Of a DNA stretch of 55,283 nt, positions 35,222-42,246 are shown in pieces. Under the pieces are notes generated by a model that did no database searches, was not told where the DNA came from, and worked only from the letters and a program-made list of their open reading frames with translations. The position numbers and the translations under genes were made by a program. Positions within the stretch are counted from its first letter, which is position 1, and the number at the start of each line of letters is the position of its first letter. This stretch comes from a virus (taxonomy: Duplodnaviria; Caudoviricetes): IMG/VR virus record IMGVR_UViG_3300032239_000671, positions 1-55,283 of that record; one strand, 5' to 3'.

Positions 35222-35926
35222 TTACTTATACTCTTTACGCTTCCACCAGAACTTCTTATAAGCATCAAAGAAGACAGTCATATGTTTACGAAGGTCGGAA
35301 TGGGCCTTTGCTACCTCTTTTTGACCGCCAAGTTCAGATTCCCAAGATTCTCTCTTAAATGGGATAACTTGAACTAGAGGAGTTCCCGCAGGAATCATTC
35401 CTTCAAACTTATGGTCACGAAGCTTAATAAAGATATTCATTGGCAATGAGAACTCATCAGTGTCCACAATGCCGCTGGAGCAAATGAGCGGGCCTGGCTC
35501 CTGGTGTTGTGGCTCCATAACCATTACCGACCAGCCCTTAGGTGTCTTGATAGACCAAGGATGGTTAATTCGTATGGCGTAGTTAATATCTCTAAAGTAA
35601 GGGTGCTTCTGCACCTGTCCCATTGATTGAAAAGCAATCGCTTGAATATTGCCCCATTGAAACTCCGGACCCGTTGGAGTCTGACGGATATAGATATCAT
35701 AAGGCGAAGTGATGATATAGCCAGCAGTCATCATGTCCCAAAGAGGCATACAGCGCTTTATAGTCGCCAAAGGAGAGCCATCGCGTGGCGGAGCCTTTTT
35801 ACCAGATGGGTCTAGGTAAGGCTTAGACTCTTTATACCATTCAGGGATATATTCACTAGCGGGCTTTGGTTTTTCTAGTACGCCTTCAGGGTTATCCATA
35901 TCTGTAAAAATAATCTTGTTGGTCAT
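35222..35926 (-). CDS. DUF6065-like protein (dUTPase-like beta fold)
   Basis: PEWYK, TIKRCMP..D.MTAGY, PWSIKTPKGWS, GIVDTD, GTPLVQVIPFKRE; leaderless TACGAT-6-ATG. Confidence 0.7.
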   Translation of the reverse strand: MTNKIIFTDMDNPEGVLEKPKPASEYIPEWYKESKPYLDPSGKKAPPRDGSPLATIKRCMPLWDMMTAGYIITSPYDIYIRQTPTGPEFQWGNIQAIAFQSMGQVQKHPYFRDINYAIRINHPWSIKTPKGWSVMVMEPQHQEPGPLICSSGIVDTDEFSLPMNIFIKLRDHKFEGMIPAGTPLVQVIPFKRESWESELGGQKEVAKAHSDLRKHMTVFFDAYKKFWWKRKEYK

Positions 35927-35985
35927 AGCCACATCGTACTACGACTTCACCAAAATAGTAAAAGCTTGATAGGGTCAGCTCACAT

Positions 35986-36060
35986 TCCTCGTTCGTCCAA
36001 CCGGCAGGACAACGCCCTTTGAAGGCGTGAATCGTGGTCCGAATCCACGGCGGGGAGCCA
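35986..36060 (+). tRNA. tRNA-Gln (UUG)
   Basis: Cloverleaf: acceptor TCCTCGT/GCGGGGA, D stem GTCC/GGAC, anticodon arm ACGCC-CT TTG AA-GGCGT, T arm CGTGG-TCCGAAT-CCACG, encoded CCA. Confidence 0.92.
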
Positions 36061-36091
36061 AAATGGGATATTACAAGGAGAAAAGAAAAAA

Positions 36092-36253
36092 ATGGAAAAA
36101 ACATGGGAAGTAAAAGAGCAAGAGCTACGTGAAGCCATAGCGACTAAAATTGAAAATTGGATAGAGTCAGTTATGCCACCTGTTGATGAAAAAGAACTAG
36201 CTGTATATGATGCATTGCATCAGGCAGCAGCAATAGCCCGAGGTACAAAATGA
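36092..36253 (+). CDS. Hypothetical protein (53 aa, not in track)
   Basis: RBS AAGGAG; MEKTWEVKEQELRE..AAAIARG. Confidence 0.65.
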   Translation: MEKTWEVKEQELREAIATKIENWIESVMPPVDEKELAVYDALHQAAAIARGTK

Positions 36254-36366
36254 CACAGACTAAAGGCTACTGCAGTACCTGTGGTAACTGGGCAACTGAT
36301 TGTAAGACTATTATTGTTTACAGCATTCCAGAGAAGGTTTGCGCAGAGTGTAGGGAGGAACAGTGA
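36250..36366 (+). CDS. Tiny Zn-finger protein (38 aa, not in track)
   Basis: CSTC...CAEC; ATGA/GTGA overlaps. Confidence 0.6.
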   Translation: MTQTKGYCSTCGNWATDCKTIIVYSIPEKVCAECREEQ

Positions 36367-36806
36367 ACTTCTTAGATAAGAAGCTAGATGCCAAAGAAGA
36401 AGCTCGTCTTCGTGAAAAAGGGTGGATGACCACCAAAGAGTTTATAGACAAGGTGATACCGGGTCTTCGTGAGTACTTGGAGCGCTACACCTATCTAGGC
36501 AGTGATAATCAACTTAATCATCCTGAAGATATGATGCTTAATGTTCAAACTTACTTTGAGGTTGCATACCATGTGATTGCGGATTTTGGTGTGGCGGGCG
36601 AAAAACCTGCGTCGGTTGTTAAAGAGAAAAAAACATCATCCGGCGTTGAGCCATATAGCGGTTCTGCCTATTGTGTTATTTGCAAAGTAAATGTGAACTT
36701 TGATGGCTTCGTGCGGGTTTCGGACTCAGGTCGTAAAATGGCTCAAGGAACATGTGACAACTGCGGCACAAAAGTTAATCGGATACTTGGGGAAGCTCTT
36801 GGATGA
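36363..36806 (+). CDS. Protein with a C-terminal DUF5679-like Zn ribbon
   Basis: AYCVICK..SGRKMAQGTCDNCGTKVNRILG. Confidence 0.7.
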   Translation: MNFLDKKLDAKEEARLREKGWMTTKEFIDKVIPGLREYLERYTYLGSDNQLNHPEDMMLNVQTYFEVAYHVIADFGVAGEKPASVVKEKKTSSGVEPYSGSAYCVICKVNVNFDGFVRVSDSGRKMAQGTCDNCGTKVNRILGEALG

Positions 36807-37009
36807 ACTACGCACAATTCCCGAATACACACGCACATGAACCAGAGAAGGTAAAAGAGAAAAAAGTTAAAGGGTATCCTCAAGCAAACCCCCATCAGAT
36901 TTCAAGGAGCGAAGAGTTTTCCTCTCAGATACCTAAAAAGAAACGTAAACCCGACCCAGCAACCGTTGAGGCCGAACTACAACGTGAAGAAGATTTGTGG
37001 AACTCATGA
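36803..37009 (+). CDS. Hypothetical protein
   Basis: ATGA overlaps; ends EEDLWNS. Confidence 0.55.
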   Translation: MNYAQFPNTHAHEPEKVKEKKVKGYPQANPHQISRSEEFSSQIPKKKRKPDPATVEAELQREEDLWNS

Positions 37010-37497
37010 GATTTGATTATCACAAAGCTATGACCGAAGGTCACTCATATAACAAATACGTCGCTAATCGCTTACGTATTGCTGGCATTAGTTGCACTGT
37101 TCCTGAGTTGGAACTCGTCAGTACTCAGGAAGAGATTCAGCGAATGACTGAGAATGAAAAAGACATCATCTTAGATAACGGGTTAGTCCTAGAGGTTAAG
37201 TCACGTAACTTAGGCTTCTCAGAAATCCCAGAACTATTCTGGCAAAAAGATATCTATGTAGATACCGTCTCGGGATATGAAGCTAAAAAGGTAAAGCCCT
37301 ATGCTTATGTAATGGTGAGCCAGAAGAGTTTAAATATGTTGGTTGTCCATTCAAACACTAAAGACAAATGGTTTAAGAAAACCGTCACTGACCCTTACAG
37401 GAATGTGACAGATAGTTTTTACAAAATAGAAAAACAACATCTAACAGCTTGGCCCGAGTTAATTTACGATTTGAGAAAGGCATGTAGTGGAGAGTAA
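37006..37497 (+). CDS. Putative PD-(D/E)XK nuclease
   Basis: KDII...VLEVKSR. Confidence 0.55.
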   Translation: MRFDYHKAMTEGHSYNKYVANRLRIAGISCTVPELELVSTQEEIQRMTENEKDIILDNGLVLEVKSRNLGFSEIPELFWQKDIYVDTVSGYEAKKVKPYAYVMVSQKSLNMLVVHSNTKDKWFKKTVTDPYRNVTDSFYKIEKQHLTAWPELIYDLRKACSGE

Positions 37498-37756
37498 GCC
37501 TCTATTTGAGTTATACATTGATAAGGGCGATATGGATTGGTACAGCAAAGCTAGGTGTCAAAATTCTGATACCGAAGCATTTTTTGTTGAAGAACGAGGT
37601 ATGAGTTATGAAGAACCTGTTGCTCGCATTTGTAACAGTTGTTCTGTAAAGAACGAGTGTTTAAACTTTGCAATAAAATATAAGATGCAAGGGTTTTGGG
37701 GAGGAACTACAGAACAACAGCGCCGCACAATGCGACGCAGAAACTACGTTGCTTAG
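37487..37756 (+). CDS. whiB: WhiB-family transcription factor (second copy)
   Basis: W.SKARC..D.EAFF..ICNSCSVK.ECL.FA..GFWGGTT..QR. Confidence 0.92.
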   Translation: MESKPLFELYIDKGDMDWYSKARCQNSDTEAFFVEERGMSYEEPVARICNSCSVKNECLNFAIKYKMQGFWGGTTEQQRRTMRRRNYVA

Positions 37757-38097
37757 TCTTGTTCTCCGTGGGTTCGTTCTGCATGGCAATTAGCGCACAC
37801 CAACTCGCACTTCTCAATCTCTAGCCGAATGTTCTCTAGAGATACTCCAGACCGTACCAAGTCCGAGACATTGGCTCTTTTGCCCTCAATAATGTGGTCA
37901 AACTGCATCACATAGGGAGGGTAGCTTACGCCACAGTCAGCACAGGGGGTATTGCCTTTGACCTCTATGACATAGTCTCGGTTGCGCTGGCGTATGAGGC
38001 GATTGCTTACAATGGTTCTTTCTTTTATGGCCTCTTTATTCTTTTCGTAATGCTTACGAGAAGATTCTCTTTGTTTGGCTTTATTAAGAAATGGCAT
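37753..38097 (-). CDS. HNH endonuclease
   Basis: CADC..FDH..CELVCANCH. Confidence 0.85.
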   Translation of the reverse strand: MPFLNKAKQRESSRKHYEKNKEAIKERTIVSNRLIRQRNRDYVIEVKGNTPCADCGVSYPPYVMQFDHIIEGKRANVSDLVRSGVSLENIRLEIEKCELVCANCHAERTHGEQD

Positions 38098-38121
38098 AGC
38101 AGACACCTTACACTATTACAC

Positions 38122-38232
38122 ATGAATTGCATTAAATGTGACCACGCACTGGATATGGGGGTCTGCGTCGTAGACACCTGTAAGTGCATCTGTATGGACC
38201 GAGAGATAGAGAGACAACGAGATGACCGTTAA
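38122..38232 (+). CDS. Tiny Cys-rich peptide
   Basis: MNCIKCDH..C..CKC; TACACT-7-ATG leaderless start. Confidence 0.5.
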   Translation: MNCIKCDHALDMGVCVVDTCKCICMDREIERQRDDR

Positions 38233-38488
38233 AGTTTATGGGCCTTATCCTGACAAGGAAAAGGGTGGACGAAAGCGGATGGTTACCCTTAACACTTCAA
38301 CCGGAAAAATGAGCTCTACTCATGCTGCCCGTTACAAGAAAGAACAAGAATTAGGGCGAAAGTTAAAAAAGAGTGAGCACGTTGACCACTCTGATAACAA
38401 CAAGAAGAATGACAGTTCAAGCAACCTTAAAGTTATGAAAGCCTCTGACAACATTGCCAAGGGCAACAAAAACAGAAAGAAGAAGTAA
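38222..38488 (+). CDS. HNH-motif protein
   Basis: LGRKL..EHVDHSDNNKKND..SNL. Confidence 0.75.
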   Translation: MTVKVYGPYPDKEKGGRKRMVTLNTSTGKMSSTHAARYKKEQELGRKLKKSEHVDHSDNNKKNDSSSNLKVMKASDNIAKGNKNRKKK

Positions 38489-38489
38489 A

Positions 38490-39236
38490 ATGGCAGCAAA
38501 AGGCACAGCCGCTTTAATGGTAGAAATTGCTCTTAAAGAAGAAGGTTATGTAGAAGGACCAAAAGATAACGAAACTAAATACGGCGCTTTTACAAAGGCT
38601 AACTTTCTCCCATGGTGCGGAAGTTTCTGTATGTGGGTAGCAAATGCCGCTGGCGTAACTATTCCCAACACCGTATCTACAATGGCAGGTGCAGCAGCAT
38701 TTAAGAAACTTGGCACTTGGACAGATGCAGAAAAAGCTGACCCACAACCAGGCGATATTGTCTACTTTGATTTTGTTGCAGGTGGTGCTCCTATTGAGCA
38801 TGTTGGAATTGTTGTTAAGAACAACGGAGACGGCACAGTAACCACTATGGAAGGTAACACTTCAGGTGATAAGAAGAAGTCTGGCTCTCAAGCTAATGGC
38901 GGAGAAGCTGTAAAGAAAATTCGTGCCTACAAGCGTAACGCTAAGGGAATTCCAAGTTTTATAGTTGGCTTTGGACGACCTAATTACAAAGGCAATGAGG
39001 TCACTGCTGTAGTGGCCCCTACAACTCCTCCAGCCTTCCCAGGAACCGTTAAACCGGGCGACAAGGGTGAGGCTGTCAAACTCCTTCAACACGCCCTTAC
39101 ACTGGTTGAGGACGGCGATTATGGCCCTGCTACAAAAGCAAAGGTAATCGCTTTTCAGGACAACCATGACAATTTGGACTCAAATGGCATCGTGGGCCCT
39201 AAGACCTGGGCTGCTTTGATGTCTACTGCGCTCTAA
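38490..39236 (+). CDS. Endolysin: CHAP amidase plus peptidoglycan-binding domain
   Basis: PWCGSF, PGDIVYF, HVGIV, EGNT; C-terminal GD.GEAVK.LQ..DG.YGP.T..GIVGPKTW. Confidence 0.92.
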   Translation: MAAKGTAALMVEIALKEEGYVEGPKDNETKYGAFTKANFLPWCGSFCMWVANAAGVTIPNTVSTMAGAAAFKKLGTWTDAEKADPQPGDIVYFDFVAGGAPIEHVGIVVKNNGDGTVTTMEGNTSGDKKKSGSQANGGEAVKKIRAYKRNAKGIPSFIVGFGRPNYKGNEVTAVVAPTTPPAFPGTVKPGDKGEAVKLLQHALTLVEDGDYGPATKAKVIAFQDNHDNLDSNGIVGPKTWAALMSTAL

Positions 39237-39254
39237 AGAACATAGGCTTGTTTG

Positions 39255-39298
39255 ACCCCTCTAGGGGACCGTCTGGTAACCTAGAGGGGTTCTTATTT
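39255..39298 (+). terminator. Hairpin / terminator after the endolysin
   Basis: ACCCCTCTAGG ... CCTAGAGGGGT followed by TCTTATTT. Confidence 0.65.
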
Positions 39299-39311
39299 GG
39301 AAGGGGTAGCC

Positions 39312-39860
39312 ATGACAACAATCGTCGCAGTTCAATACAAAGACAAGTGCGTCATTGCTGCAGATAACCAAGTTACAGGTGGAAACGGACGTCGCTATAA
39401 CCACCCGGATATGAAAAAGATTTCACAACGTGGGTCTTTTTTAATTGCGGGTAGTGGTGAGGTTCAACCATGCGATGTAGTTCAACACATTTGGAATCCC
39501 CCAAAGTTAACCGCTAAAGATGCTGACGATGTTTATCATTTCATGATTACTAAAGCTATGCCATCACTTCGTAAGTGCTTAACAGATAATGGCTACGATT
39601 TTCAAGAAGGTAAAGGCGAAGGTAAAGCTGATGAAAATAGGTTTAACTTTATTCTTGCAGTAGGTGGAGAAGTCTTTGATATTGCAGACGACCTTTCTGT
39701 CTGTCGTTCAGAAGATGGCATATATGGCGTAGGTTCCGGTTCTGATTACGCTATTGGGGCTTTGCATGCTGGAGCTAAGCCAAAACAAGCTGTAGAAATT
39801 GCATCTAAGTTAGATGTCAACACCTCAGGACCAGTACAAATTGTTGAACAATACAAATAA
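39312..39860 (+). CDS. Proteasome-beta/HslV-like Ntn threonine peptidase
   Basis: M-TTIV (N-terminal Thr), AAD.Q.T, KKI, AGSG, GVGSGS.YA.GA, D..T. Confidence 0.85.
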   Translation: MTTIVAVQYKDKCVIAADNQVTGGNGRRYNHPDMKKISQRGSFLIAGSGEVQPCDVVQHIWNPPKLTAKDADDVYHFMITKAMPSLRKCLTDNGYDFQEGKGEGKADENRFNFILAVGGEVFDIADDLSVCRSEDGIYGVGSGSDYAIGALHAGAKPKQAVEIASKLDVNTSGPVQIVEQYK

Positions 39861-39875
39861 CGATAAGGTGAGAGC

Positions 39876-40190
39876 ATGGATGAAGTACTGTATCAATCAA
39901 AATCTGAAAAACGACGCATTGAAAGACAGCTAGAAGCAGAAGGTTTCATTAAGGAAAAAAAAGAAAAAGCAATTTTAGACCGTTGGGAAGCATCTCAAGT
40001 AACTGCTGCTGGATGGCAGTCGGTGTTAGACCACGCAACAACCATTTATCAAGAACATAAAGCAGAACTGGACGAAGAAACAATTACTAAAACTGAAGAA
40101 CAGATTGCTGAAAGACAAAAACAAATTAAAGATTTTCTTATGGCTGAAAAAGACCTTTACTTAGAAGATATGGGAATACAAGCGGACTAA
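39876..40190 (+). CDS. Hypothetical coiled-coil protein
   Basis: TAAGGT-6-ATG leaderless start. Confidence 0.65.
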   Translation: MDEVLYQSKSEKRRIERQLEAEGFIKEKKEKAILDRWEASQVTAAGWQSVLDHATTIYQEHKAELDEETITKTEEQIAERQKQIKDFLMAEKDLYLEDMGIQAD

Positions 40191-40217
40191 GTCTTTTTTC
40201 TGCCCCATACTTAAGAA

Positions 40218-40571
40218 GTGAGAAAAGCTAAGCCAAAAGCCGTCGTATACGATTTAGACCACACTCTTACAAAAAAGAAAGTGGCTCATAATGCTCGTAG
40301 GGATGCCGCTAAAGGAGAAAAAGTTTTGGTTCTTACCTCTCGTCCCTCATCTCAACGCAAGAGCACAGAAAAGTTTTTAAAAGATAACAAAATTCCAGAT
40401 TCTAAACTTGTAATGCGTCCTAAGGGCGATACCAGGAAAGACTCTGTTTCTAAAAAAGACCAGTACGAAAAGAAGATTAAGGGAAAATACAACGTCAAGA
40501 AAGCCTACGACGACAAGCCTTCTAATGTTAAAATGCTCCGTAACGAGGGAATTAAAACAAAGAAGGTATAA
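40218..40571 (+). CDS. HAD-family phosphatase (PNKP phosphatase-domain-like), very basic
   Basis: YDLDHTL, LTSRP, MRPKGD.RKD..K, YDD.P.NV.ML. Confidence 0.75.
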   Translation: MRKAKPKAVVYDLDHTLTKKKVAHNARRDAAKGEKVLVLTSRPSSQRKSTEKFLKDNKIPDSKLVMRPKGDTRKDSVSKKDQYEKKIKGKYNVKKAYDDKPSNVKMLRNEGIKTKKV

Positions 40572-40574
40572 CAT

Positions 40575-40964
40575 ATGAAAGACGGAATAAAACTATTTGG
40601 CAACATCCTTCTGCGTATTGTCGCAGTGTTTGCTGCATCAGGTTTGTCAGTTATTGGTGCCGGCTCTGTTGCAGGTATCTCAGTACTAAAGGCAATCACA
40701 GTTGCTGGTCTTACAGCAGTTGCAGCAGTTGTTGAGAAACTTGCTCGTGGGTTTATGAACGATGGCAAGTTGTCACTAGACGAAATCAATTCAGCATTTG
40801 CTGCGGTAGATGTTAATTCTAAGACAGCTGCAGACCTACAGGTTGAAGCAAATCAAACAGGCCACGACATTGTAATTGCTGCAGAGTCTGTAAAGAAGCT
40901 TGGTGGTCTTGTTGAGGTTGCTGCACCAGCAGTTGCTAAAGAAGACGACCCAAACTACAACTAA
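40575..40964 (+). CDS. Membrane protein (holin-like)
   Basis: Two hydrophobic segments then DGKLSLDEIN. Confidence 0.6.
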   Translation: MKDGIKLFGNILLRIVAVFAASGLSVIGAGSVAGISVLKAITVAGLTAVAAVVEKLARGFMNDGKLSLDEINSAFAAVDVNSKTAADLQVEANQTGHDIVIAAESVKKLGGLVEVAAPAVAKEDDPNYN

Positions 40965-41137
40965 CCGCCAGTTTTATAAAAGCCCCCGCCTTTAAACTGG
41001 AGGCCAAACGAATTGTAAACACGAATAAGAGCGTAGCCACATTTGTCGCAGGAGTACGTAGGTTCTGCTTCATGAATGCTACGCTCTTTTTCGTAGTCAA
41101 GGTCGCAGTTTAAACAGGAGTATTCATACTTTGGCAT
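40961..41137 (-). CDS. FmdB-family zinc-ribbon protein
   Basis: MPKYEYSC..C...C.KCG...FKGGGFYKT. Confidence 0.88.
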   Translation of the reverse strand: MPKYEYSCLNCDLDYEKERSIHEAEPTYSCDKCGYALIRVYNSFGLQFKGGGFYKTGG

Positions 41138-41170
41138 GGAGAGCATCCTACACGAGAGTAGACTTAAGAG

Positions 41171-41338
41171 ATGATATCTCAGAACGAGTTTGGCTCAGAG
41201 TCTATTACGACTTCTAAACAAGCTATGCCTGAAAAAAATAAATTTGACGGACCTGGTGGTTTGGACGTTTCTAGTTCAGACAATAAGTTTGCTGCAAACT
41301 CAACTTCTTCTTTACCAAAACCAGGGTTTAGTTCATGA
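41171..41338 (+). CDS. Hypothetical protein (55 aa, not in track)
   Basis: TAGACT-6-ATG; MISQNEFG...; ATGA overlap with the next gene. Confidence 0.6.
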   Translation: MISQNEFGSESITTSKQAMPEKNKFDGPGGLDVSSSDNKFAANSTSSLPKPGFSS

Positions 41339-41535
41339 CACTTGTTCAACTAGAGAATTTAACTGTTCAAGATAGATGTGACCAATGCAGTGCAAGAGCT
41401 ATGGTTCGTGCAACTTTTTCTACTGGAGACCTGTATTTTTGCGGACATCATGCCCGAGAAACTGGTTACACCTTAGTATTAAAAGCAAAACGTATTTATG
41501 ACCCAGAAGGATTGTTAGACCATGCAAATTACTAA
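41335..41535 (+). CDS. Small actinobacterial-type Zn-binding protein
   Basis: LT..DRCD.C.A.A.V......L.FCGHH. Confidence 0.7.
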   Translation: MTLVQLENLTVQDRCDQCSARAMVRATFSTGDLYFCGHHARETGYTLVLKAKRIYDPEGLLDHANY

Positions 41536-41704
41536 TGGTCAAGACCCAACTCCATTAACAACCACACGGTACTACTACTCTCATGACCACCCATCTAGCC
41601 CTTTGTCTGCCATACAAAACGACCACATAAGTCACGGCATGTACGGTGGCCCTAAAGGTGACTATGGACATTACAATGAAGGAAACATCAATGAGCAATC
41701 TTAG
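41522..41704 (+). CDS. Hypothetical protein
   Basis: Short overlapping ORF filling an operon gap. Confidence 0.45.
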   Translation: MQITNGQDPTPLTTTRYYYSHDHPSSPLSAIQNDHISHGMYGGPKGDYGHYNEGNINEQS

Positions 41705-41987
41705 TCATCAATTTGACGGAGCTTTAGAGGCCTATGAAGATTCACAACGTCGTCGGTATGCTCGTAAACAAGGTGTATCCGGATTCATCGGTAATGGTTA
41801 CGGATATATGAATGGCACTCTAATGCTAGGAACTTTATTAGCAGGAACGCCTTTGCAAACGCAATCAGAGCAATACGAAAATCCTGTTCAAGAACTTGGT
41901 GAAAACACAGGACAAACAGCAAATGCAGGAACCGGCATGGGAGAAGGCGGTACTGCTACTGGCGCTGCAGGTGGTTCTCCTGCATGA
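41691..41987 (+). CDS. Hypothetical Gly-rich protein (N-terminal SNLSHQF tag)
   Basis: RBS AAGGA before ATG. Confidence 0.6.
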   Translation: MSNLSHQFDGALEAYEDSQRRRYARKQGVSGFIGNGYGYMNGTLMLGTLLAGTPLQTQSEQYENPVQELGENTGQTANAGTGMGEGGTATGAAGGSPA

Positions 41988-42196
41988 GCAAACAATTAAA
42001 CCGCAAAATTTTAAAAGTTAATAACAGAGACATTGCAGACCAACAATTCATTCCTACACGTCCAGTGGTAAAAGGAACTAGTCGTGCATCTATATTTTCT
42101 TGGGCAAGTGCAGGAAAAGGCGTAGAAGGCGAATCAACTAATGCACAGGATTTAGGTTCAAAACAAATAATTAATAAACGCAGAAAACCAATGTAA
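41984..42196 (+). CDS. Hypothetical protein
   Basis: ATGA overlap. Confidence 0.55.
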   Translation: MSKQLNRKILKVNNRDIADQQFIPTRPVVKGTSRASIFSWASAGKGVEGESTNAQDLGSKQIINKRRKPM

Positions 42197-42246
42197 CTTC
42201 TGCTTTAATAGGTATTTAGAGGGCAATAAAGTTTCTGAGGGGTTAC

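Noticed and set aside
41190-41375. 61-aa ORF from the track
   Set aside because: The frame 41171-41338 has a leaderless promoter and an ATGA overlap with the next gene, so it is the better call
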